From positions 18,848,001-18,912,000 of the forward strand of contig OZ024764.1 in NCBI GenBank assembly GCA_964016885.1: a stretch of DNA of 64,000 bases, given 5' to 3'. The DNA comes from Eledone cirrhosa. Lineage: Eukaryota. Positions within the stretch are counted from its first letter, which is position 1; the number at the start of each line of letters is the position of its first letter. The notes beneath the pieces are model-generated. The model worked only from the letters and a program-made list of their open reading frames with translations, did no database searches and was not told the origin of the DNA. The position numbers were made by a program, and so were the translations under genes. Below, one piece after another: positions 25,441-40,100 of the stretch.

Positions 25441-28139
25441 ATGTAGGTGTCACAACAAAAAGTACCCAGTCCACCCTGTAAAGTGGTCATGTAGGTGTCA
25501 CGACAAAAAGTACCCAGTCCACACTGTAAAGTGGTCATGTAGGTGTCATAACAAAAAGTACCCAATCCACACTGTAAAGAGGTCATGTTGGTGTCACAAC
25601 AAAAAGTACCCAGTCCACACTGTAAAGTGGTCATGTAGGTGTCACAACAAAAAGTACCCAGTCCACACTGTAAAGTGGTCATGTAGGTGTCACAACAAAA
25701 AGTACCCAGTCCACACTGTAAAGTGGTCATGTAGGTGTCACAACAAAAAGTACCCAGTCCACACTGTAAAGTGGTCATGTAGGTGTCACAACAAAATATA
25801 CCCAGTCCACACTGTAAAGTGGTCATGTAGGTGTCACAACAAAAAGTACCCAGTCCACACTGTAAAGTGGTCATGTAGGTGTCACAACAAAAAGTACCCA
25901 GTCCACCCTGTAAAGTGGTCATGTATGTGTCACAACAAAAAGTACCTAGTCCACACTGTAAAGTGGTCATGTAGCTGTCACAACAAAAAGTACCCAGTCC
26001 ACACTGTAATGTGGTCATGCAGGTTTCACAACAAAAAGTACCCAGTCCACACTGTCAAGTGGTCATGTAGGTGTCACAACAAAAAGTACCCAATCCACAC
26101 TGTAAAGTGGTCATGTAGGTGTCACAACAAAAAGTACCCAGTCCACACTGTAAAGTGGACATGTAGGTGTCATGACAAAAAGTACCCAGTCCACACTGTA
26201 AAGTGGTCATGTAGGTGTCACAACAAAAAGTACACAGTCCACACTGTAAAGTGGTCATGTAGGTGTCACAACAAATGTACCTAGTCCACACTGTAAAGTG
26301 GTCATGTAGGTGTCACAACAAAAAGTACCCAGTCCACACTGTAAAGTGGCCATGTAGGTGTCACAACAAAATATACCCAGTCCACACTGTAAAGTGGTCA
26401 TGTAGGTGTCACAACAAAAAGTACCCAGTCCACACTGTAAAGTGGTCATGTAGGTGTCACAACAAAAAGTACCCAGTCCACACTGTAAAGTGGTCATGTA
26501 GCTGTCACAACAAAAAGTACCCAGTCCACCCTGTAAAGTGGTCATATAGGTGTCACAACAAAAAGTACCCGGTCCACACTGTAAAGTGGTCATGTAGGTG
26601 TCACAACAAAATATACCCAGTCCACACTGTAAAGTGGTCATGTAGGTGTCACAACAAAAAGTACCCAGTCCACACTGTAAAGTGGTCATGTAGGTGTCAC
26701 AACAAAAAGTACCCAATCCACACTGTAAAGTGGTCATGTAGGTGTCACAACAAAAAGTACCCAGTCCACCCTGTAAAGTGGTCATATATGTGTCACAACA
26801 AAAAGTACCCAGTCCACCCTGTAAAGTGGTCATGTATGTGTCACAACAAAAAGTACCCAGTCCACACTGTAAAGTGGTCATGTATGTGTCACAACAAAAA
26901 GTACCCAGTCCACACTGTAAAGTGGTCATGTAGGTGTCACAACAAAAAGTACCCAGTCCACACTGTAAAGTGGTCATGTAGGTGTCACAACAAAAAGTAC
27001 CCAGTCCACACTGTCAAGTGGTCATGTAGGTGTCACAACAAAAAGTACCTAGTCCACACTGTAAAGTGGTCATGTAGCTGTCACAACAAAAAGTACCCAG
27101 TCCACACTGTAATGTGGTCATGCAGGTTTCACAACAAAAAGTACCCAGTCCACACTGTAATGTGGTCATGTAGCTGTCACAACAAAAAGTACCCAGTCCA
27201 CACTGTAATGTGGTCATGCAGGTTTCACAACAAAAAGTACCCAGTCCACACTGTAAAGTGGTCATGTAGGTGTCACAACAAAAAGTACCCAGTCCACACT
27301 GTAAAGTGGTCATGTAGGTGTCACAACAAAATATACCCAGTCCACACTGTAAAGTGGTCATGTAGGTGTCACAACAAAAAGTACCCAGTCCACACTGTAA
27401 AGTGGTCATGTAGGTGTCACAACAAAAAGTACCCAATCCACACTGTAAAGTGGTCATGTAGGTGTCACAACAAAAAGTACCCAGTCCACCCTGTAAAGTG
27501 GTCATATATGTGTCACAACAAAAAGTACCCAGTCCACCCTGTAAAGTGGTCATGTATGTGTCACAACAAAAAGTACCCAGTCCACACTGTAAAGTGGTCA
27601 TGTATGTGTCACAACAAAAAGTACCCAGTCCACACTGTAAAGTGGTCATGTAGGTGTCACAACAAAAAGTACCCAGTCCACACTGCAAAGTGGTCATGTA
27701 GGTGTCACAACAAAAAGTACCCAGTCCACACTGTAAAGTGGTCATGTAGGTGTCACAACAAAAAGTACCCAGTCCACCCTGTAAAGTGGTCATGTAGGTG
27801 TCACGACAAAAAGTACCCAGTCCACACTGTAAAGTGGTCATGTAGGTGTCACAACAAAAAGTACCCAATCCACACTGTAAAGAGGTCATGTTGGTGTCAC
27901 AACAAAAAGTACCCAGTCCACACTGTAAAGTGGTCATGTAGGTGTCACGACAAAAAGTACCCAGTCCACACTGTAAAGTGGTCATGTAGGTGTCATAACA
28001 AAAAGTACCCAATCCACACTGTAAAGAGGTCATGTTGGTGTCACAACAAAAAGTACCCAGTCCACACTGTAAAGTGGTCATGTAGGTGTCACAACAAAAA
28101 GTACCCAGTCCACACTGTAAAGTGGTCATGTAGGTGTCA

Positions 28140-31100
28140 CAACAAAAAGTACCCAGTCCACACTGTAAAGTGGTCATGTAGGTGTCACAACAAAAAGTAC
28201 CCAGTCCACACTGTAAAGTGGTCATGTAGGTGTCACAACAAAATATACCCAGTCCACACTGTAAAGTGGTCATGTAGGTGTCACAACAAAAAGTACCCAG
28301 TCCACACTGTAAAGTGGTCATGTAGGTGTCACAACAAAAAGTACCCAGTCCACCCTGTAAAGTGGTCATGTATGTGTCACAACAAAAAGTACCTAGTCCA
28401 CACTGTAAAGTGGTCATGTAGCTGTCACAACAAAAAGTACCCAGTCCACACTGTAATGTGGTCATGCAGGTTTCACAACAAAAAGTACCCAGTCCACACT
28501 GTAAAGTGGTCATGTAGGTGTCACAACAAAAAGTACCCAGTCCACACTGTAAAGAGGTCATGTTGGTGTCACAACAAAAAGTACCCAGTCCACACTGTAA
28601 AGTGGTCATGTAGGTGTCACTACAAAAAGTACCCAGTCCACACTGTAAAGTGGTCATGTAGGTGTCACAACAAAAAGTACCCAGTCCACACTGTAAAGTG
28701 GTCATGTAGGTGTCACAACAAAAAGTACCCAGTCCACACTGTCAAGTGGTCATGTAGGTGTCACAACAAAAAGTACCCAATCCACACTGTAAAGTGGTCA
28801 TGTAGGTGTCACAACAAAAAGTACCCAGTCCACACTGTAAAGTGGACATGTAGGTGTCATGACAAAAAGTACCCAGTCCACACTGTAAAGTGGTCATGTA
28901 GGTGTCACAACAAAAAGTACACAGTCCACACTGTAAAGTGGTCATGTAGGTGTCACAACAAAAAGTACCTAGTCCACACTGTAAAGTGGTCATGTAGGTG
29001 TCACAACAAAAAGTACCCAGTCCACACTGTAAAGTGGCCATGTAGGTGTCACAACAAAATATACCCAGTCCACACTGTAAAGTGGTCATGTAGGTGTCAC
29101 AACAAAAAGTACCCAGTCCACACTGTAAAGTGGTCATGTAGGTGTCACAACAAAAAGTACCCAGTCCACACTGTAAAGTGGTCATGTAGCTGTCACAACA
29201 AAAAGTACCCAGTCCACCCTGTAAAGTGGTCATATAGGTGTCACAACAAAAAGTACCCGGTCCACCCTGAAAATGGGTATTGTTTGTCTCACAACAAAAA
29301 GTACCCAGTCCACACTGTAAAGTGGTCATGTATGTGTCACAACAAAAAGTACCCAATCCACACTTTAAAGTGGTCATGTAGTGTCACAACAAAAAGTACC
29401 CAGTCCACACTGTAATGTGGTCATGTAGGTGTCACAACAAAAAGTACCCAGTCCACCCTGTAAAGTGGTCATGTAGGTGTCACGACAAAAAGTACCCAGT
29501 CCACACTGTAAAGTGGTCATGTAGGTGTCATAACAAAAAGTACCCAATCCACACTGTAAAGAGGTCATGTTGGTGACACAACAAAAAGTACCCAGTCCAC
29601 ACTGTAAAGTGGTCATGTAGGTGTCACAACAAAAAGTACCCAGTCCACACTGTAAAGTGGTCATGTAGGTGTCACAACAAAAAGTACCTAGTCCACACTG
29701 TAAAGTGGTCATGTAGGTGTCACAACAAAAAGTACCCAGTCCACACTGTAAAGTGGTCATGTAGGTGTCACAACAAAATATACCCAGTCCACACTGTAAA
29801 GTGGTCATGTAGGTGTCACAACAAAAAGTACCCAGTCCACACTGTAAAGTGGTCATGTAGGTGTCACAACAAAAAGTACCCAATCCACACTGTAAAGTGG
29901 TCATGTAGGTGTCACAACAAAAAGTACCCAGTCCACCCTGTAAAGTGGTCATATATGTGTCACAACAAAAAGTACCCAGTCCACCCTGTAAAGTGGTCAT
30001 GTATGTGTCACAACAAAAAGTACCCAGTCCACACTGTAAAGTGGTCATGTATGTGTCACAACAAAAAGTACCCAGTCCACACTGTAAAGTGGTCATGTAG
30101 GTGTCACAACAAAAAGTACCCAGTCCACACTGTAAAGTGGTCATGTAGGTGTCACAACAAAAAGTACCCAGTCCACACTGTCAAGTGGTCATGTAGGTGT
30201 CACAACAAAAAGTACCTAGTCCACACTGTAAAGTGGTCATGTAGCTGTCACAACAAAAAGTACCCAGTCCACACTGTAATGTGGTCATGCAGGTTTCACA
30301 ACAAAAAGTACCCAGTCCACACTGTAATGTGGTCATGTAGCTGTCACAACAAAAAGTACCCAGTCCACACTGTAATGTGGTCATGCAGGTTTCACAACAA
30401 AAATTACCCAGTCCACACTGTAAAGTGGTCATGTAGGTGTCACAACAAAAAGTACCCAGTCCACACTGTAAAGTGGTCATGTAGGTGTCACAACAAAATA
30501 TACCCAGTCCACACTGTAAAGTGGTCATGTAGGTGTCACAACAAAAAGTACCCAGTCCACACTGTAAAGTGGTCATGTAGGTGTCACAACAAAAAGTACC
30601 CAATCCACACTGTAAAGTGGTCATGTAGGTGTCACAACAAAAAGTACCCAGTCCACCCTGTAAAGTGGTCATATATGTGTCACAACAAAAAGTACCCAGT
30701 CCACCCTGTAAAGTGGTCATGTATGTGTCACAACAAAAAGTACCCAGTCCACACTGTAAAGTGGTCATGTATGTGTCACAACAAAAAGTACCCAGTCCAC
30801 ACTGTAAAGTGGTCATGTAGGTGTCACAACAAAAAGTACCCAGTCCACACTGCAAAGTGGTCATGTAGGTGTCACAACAAAAAGTACCCAGTCCACACTG
30901 TAAAGTGGTCATGTAGGTGTCACAACAAAAAGTACCCAGTCCACCCTGTAAAGTGGTCATGTAGGTGTCACGACAAAAAGTACCCAGTCCACACTGTAAA
31001 GTGGTCATGTAGGTGTCACAACAAAAAGTACCCAATCCACACTGTAAAGAGGTCATGTTGGTGTCACAACAAAAAGTACCCAGTCCACACTGTAAAGTGG

Positions 31101-34100
31101 TCATGTAGGTGTCACAACAAAAAGTACCCAGTCCACCCTGTAAAGTGGTCATATAGGTGTCACAACAAAAAGTACCCAGTCCACCCTGTAAAGTGGTCAT
31201 GTATGTGTCACAACAAAAAGTACCCAGTCCACACTGTAAAGTGGTCATGTATGTGTCACAACAAAAAGTACCCAGTCCACACTTTAAAGTTGTCATGTAG
31301 GTGTCACAACAAAAAGTACCCAGTCCACACTGTAATGTGGTCATGCAGGTTTCACACCAAAAAGTACCCAGTCCACACTGTAATGTGGTCATATAGGTGT
31401 CACAACAAAAAGTACCCAGTCCACACTGTAAAGTGGTCATGTAGGTGTCACAACAAAAAGTACCCAGTCCACACTGTCAAGTGGTCATGTAGGTGTCACA
31501 ACAAAAAGTACCTAGTCCACACTGTAAAGTGGTCATGTAGCTGTCACAACAAAAAGTACCCAGTCCACACTGTAATGTGGTCATGCAGGTTTCACAACAA
31601 AAAGTACCCAGTCCAAACTGTAATGTGGTCATGTAGCTGTCACAACAAAAAGTACCCAGTCCACACTGTAATGTGGTCATGCAGGTTTCACAACAAAAAG
31701 TACCCAGTCCACACTGTAAAGTGGTCATGTAGGTGTCACAACAAAAAGTACCCAGTCCACACTGTAAAGTGGACATGTAGGTGTCATGACAAAAAGTACC
31801 CAGTCCACACTGTAAAGTGGTCATGTAGGTGTCACAACAAAAAGTACACAGTCCACACTGTAAAGTGGTCATGTAGGTGTCACAACAAAAAGTACCTAGT
31901 CCACACTGTAAAGTGGTCATGTAGGTGTCACAACAAAAAGTACCCAGTCCACACTGTAAAGTGGCCATGTAGGTGTCACAACAAAATATACCCAGTCCAC
32001 ACTGTAAAGTGGTCATGTAGGTGTCACAACAAAAAGTACCCAGTCCACACTGTAAAGTGGTCATGTAGGTGTCACAACAAAAAGTACCCAGTCCACACTG
32101 TAAAGTGGTCATGTAGGTGTCACAACAAAAAGTACCCAGTCCACCCTGTAAAGTGGTCATATAGGTGTCACAACAAAAAGTACCCGGTCCACCCTGAAAA
32201 TGGGTATTGTTTGTGTCACAACAAAAAGTACCCAGTCCACACTGTAAAGTGGTCATGTATGTGTCACAACAAAAAGTACCCAATCCACACTTTAAAGTGG
32301 TCATGTAGTGTCACAACAAAAAGTACCCAGTCCACACTGTAATGTGGTCATGTAGGTGTCACAACAAAAAGTACCCAGTCCACCCTGTAAAGTGGTCATG
32401 TAGGTGTCACGACAAAAAGTACCCAGTCCACACTGTAAAGTGGTCATGTAGGTGTCATAACAAAAAGTACCCAATCCACACTGTAAAGAGGTCATGTTGG
32501 TGTCACAACAAAAAGTACCCAGTCCACACTGTAAAGTGGTCATGTAGGTGTCACAACAAAAAGTACCCAGTCCACACTGTAAAGTGGTCATGTAGGTGTC
32601 ACAACAAAAAGTACCCAGTCCACACTGTAAAGTGGTCATGTAGGTGTCACAACAAAAAGTACCCAGTCCACACTGTAAAGTGGTCATGTAGGTGTCACAA
32701 CAAAATATACCCAGTCCACACTGTAAAGTGGTCATGTAGGTGTCACAACAAAAAGTACCCAGTCCACACTGTAAAGTGGTCATGTAGGTGTCACAACAAA
32801 AAGTACCCAGTCCACCCTGTAAAGTGGTCATGTATGTGTCACAACAAAAAGTACCTAGTCCACACTGTAAAGTGGTCATGTAGCTGTCACAACAAAAAGT
32901 ACCCAGTCCACACTGTAATGTGGTCATGCAGGTTTCACAACAAAAAGTACCCAGTCCACACTGTAAAGTGGTCATGTAGGTGTCACAACAAAAAGTACCC
33001 AGTCCACACTGTAAAGAGGTCATGTTGGTGTCACAACAAAAAGTACCCAGTCCACACTGTAAAGTGGTCATGTAGGTGTCACAACAAAAAGTACCCAGTC
33101 CACACTGTAAAGTGGTCATGTAGGTGTCACAACAAAAAGTACCCAGTCCACACTGTAAAGTGGTCATGTAGGTGTCACAACAAAAAGTACCCAGTCCACA
33201 CTGTCAAGTGGTCATGTAGGTGTCACAACAAAAAGTACCCAATCCACACTGTAAAGTGGTCATGTAGGTGTCACAACAAAAAGTACCCAGTCCACACTGT
33301 AAAGTGGACATGTAGGTGTCATGACAAAAAGTACCCAGTCCACACTGTAAAGTGGTCATGTAGGTGTCACAACAAAAAGTACACAGTCCACACTGTAAAG
33401 TGGTCATGTAGGTGTCACAACAAAAAGTACCTAGTCCACACTGTAAAGTGGTCATGTAGGTGTCACAACAAAAAGTACCCAGTCCACACTGTAAAGTGGC
33501 CATGTAGGTGTCACAACAAAATATACCCAGTCCACACTGTAAAGTGGTCATGTAGGTGTCACAACAAAAAGTACCCAGTCCACACTGTAAAGTGGTCATG
33601 TAGGTGTCACAACAAAAAGTACCCAGTCCACACTGTAAAGTGGTCATGTAGGTGTCACAACAAAAAGTACCCAGTCCACCCTGTAAAGTGGTCATATAGG
33701 TGTCACAACAAAAAGTACCCGGTCCACCCTGAAAATGGGTATTGTTTGTGTCACAACAAAAAGTACCCAGTCCACACTGTAAAGTGGTCATGTATGTGTC
33801 ACAACAAAAAGTACCCAATCCACACTTTAAAGTGGTCATGTAGTGTCACAACAAAAAGTACCCAGTCCACACTGTAATGTGGTCATGTAGGTGTCACAAC
33901 AAAATATACCCAGTCCACCCTGTAAAGTGGTCATGTAGGTGTCACGACAAAAAGTACCCAGTCCACACTGTAAAGTGGTCATGTAGGTGTCATAACAAAA
34001 AGTACCCAAACCACACTGTAAAGAGGTCATGTTGGTGACACAACAAAAAGTACCCAGTCCACACTGTAAAGTGGTCATGTAGGTGTCACAACAAAAAGTA

Positions 34101-37100
34101 CCCAGTCCACATTGTAAAGTGGTCATGTAGGTGTCACAACAAAAAGTACCTAGTCCACACTGTAAAGTGGTCATGTAGGTGTCACAACAAAAAGTACCCA
34201 GTCCACACTGTAAAGTGGTCATGTAGGTGTCACAACAAAAAGTACCCAATCCACACTGTAAAGAGGTCATGTTGGTGTCACAACAAAAAGTACCCAGTCC
34301 ACACTGTAAAGTGGTCATGTAGGTGTCACAACAAAAAGTACCCAGTCCACACTGTAAAGTGGTCATGTAGGTGTCACAACAAAATATACCCAGTCCACAC
34401 TGTAAAGTGGTCATGTAGGTGTCACAACAAAAAGTACCCAGTCCACACTGTAAAGTGGTCATGTAGGTGTCACAACAAAAAGTACCCAGTCCACCCTGTA
34501 AAGTGGTCATGTATGTGTCACAACAAAAAGTACCTAGTCCACACTGTAAAGTGGTCATGTAGCTGTCACAACAAAAAGTACCCAGTCCACACTGTAATGT
34601 GGTCATGCAGGTTTCACAACAAAAAGTACCCAGTCCACACTGTAAAGTGGTCATGTAGGTGTCACAACAAAAAGTACCCAGTCCACACTGTAAAGAGGTC
34701 ATGTTGGTGTCACAACAAAAAGTACCCAGTCCACACTGTAAAGTGGTCATGTAGGTGTCACTACAAAAAGTACCCAGTCCACACTGTAAAGTGGTCATGT
34801 AGGTGTCACAACAAAAAGTACCCAGTCCACACTGTAAAGTGGTCATGTAGGTGTCACAACAAAAAGTACCCAGTCCACACTGTCAAGTGGTCATGTAGGT
34901 GTCACAACAAAAAGTACCCAATCCACACTGTAAAGTGGTCATGTAGGTGTCACAACAAAAAGTACCCAGTCCACACTGTAAAGTGGACATGTAGGTGTCA
35001 TGACAAAAAGTACCCAGTCCACACTGTAAAGTGGTCATGTAGGTGTCACAACAAAAAGTACACAGTCCACACTGTAAAGTGGTCATGTAGGTGTCACAAC
35101 AAAAAGTACCTAGTCCACACTGTAAAGTGGTCATGTAGGTGTCACAACAAAAAGTACCCAGTCCACACTGTAAAGTGGCCATGTAGGTGTCACAACAAAA
35201 TATACCCAGTCCACACTGTAAAGTGGTCATGTAGGTGTCACAACAAAAAGTACCCAGTCCACACTGTAAAGTGGTCATGTAGGTGTCACAACAAAAAGTA
35301 CCCAGTCCACACTGTAAAGTGGTCATGTAGCTGTCACAACACAAAGTACCCAGTCCACCCTGTAAAGTGGTCATATAGGTGTCACAACAAAAAGTACCCG
35401 GTCCACCCTGAAAATGGGTATTGTTTGTCTCACAACAAAAAGTACCCAGTCCACACTGTAAAGTGGTCATGTATGTGTCACAACAAAAAGTACCCAATCC
35501 ACACTTTAAAGTGGTCATGTAGTGTCACAACAAAAAGTACCCAGTCCACACTGTAATGTGGTCATGTAGGTGTCACAACAAAAAGTACCCAGTCCACCCT
35601 GTAAAGTGGTCATGTAGGTGTCACGACAAAAAGTACCCAGTCCACACTGTAAAGTGGTCATGTAGGTGTCATAACAAAAAGTACCCAATCCACACTGTAA
35701 AGAGGTCATGTTGGTGACACAACAAAAAGTACCCAGTCCACACTGTAAAGTGGTCATGTAGGTGTCACAACAAAAAGTACCCAGTCCACACTGTAAAGTG
35801 GTCATGTAGGTGTCACAACAAAAAGTACCTAGTCCACACTGTAAAGTGGTCATGTAGGTGTCACAACAAAAAGTACCCAGTCCACACTGTAAAGTGGTCA
35901 TGTAGGTGTCACAACAAAATATACCCAGTCCACACTGTAAAGTGGTCATGTAGGTGTCACAACAAAAAGTACCCAGTCCACACTGTAAAGTGGTCATGTA
36001 GGTGTCACAACAAAAAGTACCCAATCCACACTGTAAAATGGTCATGTAGGTGTCACAACAAAAAGTACCCAGTCCACCCTGTAAAGTGGTCATATATGTG
36101 TCACAACAAAAAGTACCCAGTCCACCCTGTAAAGTGGTCATGTATGTGTCACAACAAAAAGTACCCAGTCCACACTGTAAAGTGGTCATGTATGTGTCAC
36201 AACAAAAAGTACCCAGTCCACACTGTAAAGTGGTCATGTAGGTGTCACAACAAAAAGTACCCAGTCCACACTGTAAAGTGGTCATGTAGGTGTCACAACA
36301 AAAAGTACCCAGTCCACACTGTCAAGTGGTCATGTAGGTGTCACAACAAAAAGTACCTAGTCCACACTGTAAAGTGGTCATGTAGCTGTCACAACAAAAA
36401 GTACCCAGTCCACACTGTAATGTGGTCATGCAGGTTTCACAACAAAAAGTACCCAGTCCACACTGTAATGTGGTCATGTAGCTGTCACAACAAAAAGTAC
36501 CCAGTCCACACTGTAATGTGGTCATGCAGGTTTCACAACAAAAAGTACCCAGTCCACACTGTAAAGTGGTCATGTAGGTGTCACAACAAAAAGTACCCAG
36601 TCCACACTGTAAAGTGGTCATGTAGGTGTCACAACAAAATATACCCAGTCCACACTGTAAAGTGGTCATGTAGGTGTCACAACAAAAAGTACCCAGTCCA
36701 CACTGTAAAGTGGTCATGTAGGTGTCACAACAAAAAGTACCCAATCCACACTGTAAAGTGGTCATGTAGGTGTCACAACAAAAAGTACCCAGTCCACCCT
36801 GTAAAGTGGTCATATATGTGTCACAACAAAAAGTACCCAGTCCACCCTGTAAAGTGGTCATGTATGTGTCACAACAAAAAGTACCCAGTCCACACTGTAA
36901 AGTGGTCATGTATGTGTCACAACAAAAAGTACCCAGTCCACACTGTAAAGTGGTCATGTAGGTGTCACAACAAAAAGTACCCAGTCCACACTGCAAAGTG
37001 GTCATGTAGGTGTCACAACAAAAAGTACCCAGTCCACACTGTAAAGTGGTCATGTAGGTGTCACAACAAAAAGTACCCAGTCCACCCTGTAAAGTGGTCA

Positions 37101-40100
37101 TGTAGGTGTCACGACAAAAAGTACCCAGTCCACACTGTAAAGTGGTCATGTAGGTGTCACAACAAAAAGTACCCAATCCACACTGTAAAGAGGTCATGTT
37201 GGTGTCACAACAAAAAGTACCCAGTCCACACTGTAAAGTGGTCATGTAGGTGTCACAACAAAAAGTACCCAGTCCACCCTGTAAAGTGGTCATATAGGTG
37301 TCACAACAAAAAGTACCCAGTCCACCCTGTAAAGTGGTCATGTATGTGTCACAACAAAAAGTACCCAGTCCACACTGTAAAGTGGTCATGTATGTGTCAC
37401 AACAAAAAGTACCCAGTCCACACTTTAAAGTTGTCATGTAGGTGTCACAACAAAAAGTACCCAGTCCACACTGTAATGTGGTCATGCAGGTTTCACACCA
37501 AAAAGTACCCAGTCCACACTGTAATGTGGTCATATAGGTGTCACAACAAAAAGTACCCAGTCCACACTGTAAAGTGGTCATGTAGGTGTCACAACAAAAA
37601 GTACCCAGTCCACACTGTCAAGTGGTCATGTAGGTGTCACAACAAAAAGTACCTAGTCCACACTGTAAAGTGGTCATGTAGCTGTCACAACAAAAAGTAC
37701 CCAGTCCACACTGTAATGTGGTCATGCAGGTTTCACAACAAAAAGTACCCAGTCCAAACTGTAATGTGGTCATGTAGCTGTCACAACAAAAAGTACCCAG
37801 TCCACACTGTAATGTGGTCATGCAGGTTTCACAACAAAAAGTACCCAGTCCACACTGTAAAGTGGTCATGTAGGTGTCACAACAAAAAGTACCCAGTCCA
37901 CACTGTAAAGTGGACATGTAGGTGTCATGACAAAAAGTACCCAGTCCACACTGTAAAGTGGTCATGTAGGTGTCACAACAAAAAGTACACAGTCCACACT
38001 GTAAAGTGGTCATGTAGGTGTCACAACAAAAAGTACCTAGTCCACACTGTAAAGTGGTCATGTAGGTGTCACAACAAAAAGTACCCAGTCCACACTGTAA
38101 AGTGGCCATGTAGGTGTCACAACAAAATATAACCAGTCCACACTGTAAAGTGGTCATGTAGGTGTCACAACAAAAAGTACCCAGTCCACACTGTAAAGTG
38201 GTCATGTAGGTGTCACAACAAAAAGTACCCAGTCCACACTGTAAAGTGGTCATGTAGGTGTCACAACAAAAAGTACCCAGTCCACCCTGTAAAGTGGTCA
38301 TATAGGTGTCACAACAAAAAGTACCCGGTCCACCCTGAAAATGGGTATTGTTTGTGTCACAACAAAAAGTACCCAGTCCACACTGTAAAGTGGTCATGTA
38401 TGTGTCACAACAAAAAGTACCCAATCCACACTTTAAAGTGGTCATGTAGTGTCACAACAAAAAGTACCCAGTCCACACTGTAATGTGGTCATGTAGGTGT
38501 CACAACAAAAAGTACCCAGTCCACCCTGTAAAGTGGTCATGTAGGTGTCACGACAAAAAGTACCCAGTCCACACTGTAAAGTGGTCATGTAGGTGTCATA
38601 ACAAAAAGTACCCAATCCACACTGTAAAGAGGTCATGTTGGTGTCACAACAAAAAGTACCCAGTCCACACTGTAAAGTGGTCATGTAGGTGTCACAACAA
38701 AAAGTACCCAGTCCACACTGTAAAGTGGTCATGTAGGTGTCACAACAAAAAGTACCCAGTCCACACTGTAAAGTGGTCATGTAGGTGTCACAACAAAAAG
38801 TACCCAGTCCACACTGTAAAGTGGTCATGTAGGTGTCACAACAAAATATACCCAGTCCACACTGTAAAGTGGTCATGTAGGTGTCACAACAAAAAGTACC
38901 CAGTCCACACTGTAAAGTGGTCATGTAGGTGTCACAACAAAAAGTACCCAGTCCACCCTGTAAAGTGGTCATGTATGTGTCACAACAAAAAGTACCTAGT
39001 CCACACTGTAAAGTGGTCATGTAGCTGTCACAACAAAAAGTACCCAGTCCACACTGTAATGTGGTCATGCAGGTTTCACAACAAAAAGTACCCAGTCCAC
39101 ACTGTAAAGTGGTCATGTAGGTGTCACAACAAAAAGTACCCAGTCCACACTGTAAAGAGGTCATGTTGGTGTCACAACAAAAAGTACCCAGTCCACACTG
39201 TAAAGTGGTCATGTAGGTGTCACAACAAAAAGTACCCAGTCCACACTGTAAAGTGGTCATGTAGGTGTCACAACAAAAAGTACCCAGTCCACACTGTAAA
39301 GTGGTCATGTAGGTGTCACAACAAAAAGTACCCAGTCCACACTGTCAAGTGGTCATGTAGGTGTCACAACAAAAAGTACCCAATCCACACTGTAAAGTGG
39401 TCATGTAGGTGTCACAACAAAAAGTACCCAGTCCACACTGTAAAGTGGACATGTAGGTGTCATGACAAAAAGTACCCAGTCCACACTGTAAAGTGGTCAT
39501 GTAGGTGTCACAACAAAAAGTACACAGTCCACACTGTAAAGTGGTCATGTAGGTGTCACAACAAAAAGTACCTAGTCCACACTGTAAAGTGGTCATGTAG
39601 GTGTCACAACAAAAAGTACCCAGTCCACACTGTAAAGTGGCCATGTAGGTGTCACAACAAAATATACCCAGTCCACACTGTAAAGTGGTCATGTAGGTGT
39701 CACAACAAAAAGTACCCAGTCCACACTGTAAAGTGGTCATGTAGGTGTCACAACAAAAAGTACCCAGTCCACACTGTAAAGTGGTCATGTAGGTGTCACA
39801 ACAAAAAGTACCCAGTCCACCCTGTAAAGTGGTCATATAGGTGTCACAACAAAAAGTACCCGGTCCACCCTGAAAATGGGTATTGTTTGTGTCACAACAA
39901 AAAGTACCCAGTCCACACTGTAAAGTGGTCATGTATGTGTCACAACAAAAAGTACCCAATCCACACTTTAAAGTGGTCATGTAGTGTCACAACAAAAAGT
40001 ACCCAGTCCACACTGTAATGTGGTCATGTAGGTGTCACAACAAAATATACCCAGTCCACCCTGTAAAGTGGTCATGTAGGTGTCACGACAAAAAGTACCC

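Noticed and set aside
27014-28705. Minus-strand ORFs encoding (MTTLQCGLGTFCCDTY)n, resembling metallothionein, keratin-associated or antifreeze-type Cys-rich repeats
   Set aside because: This is the same artefact on the opposite strand. The recurrent GTCAAG variant (TGA) and the 47-bp monomer truncate these ORFs at arbitrary places. No signal peptide, promoter or splice context is visible. Only ribosome profiling or proteomics could overturn this.
26263-29415. Long plus-strand ORFs encoding (KKYPVHTVKWSCRCHN)n, up to 1,050 aa, superficially zinc-finger or metal-binding
   Set aside because: A 48-bp unit lacking a stop in one frame is open automatically. There is no unique N- or C-terminal domain and no C2H2 spacing. 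Recurrent 1-bp deletions and stops are propagated freely, and many common variants are non-synonymous.
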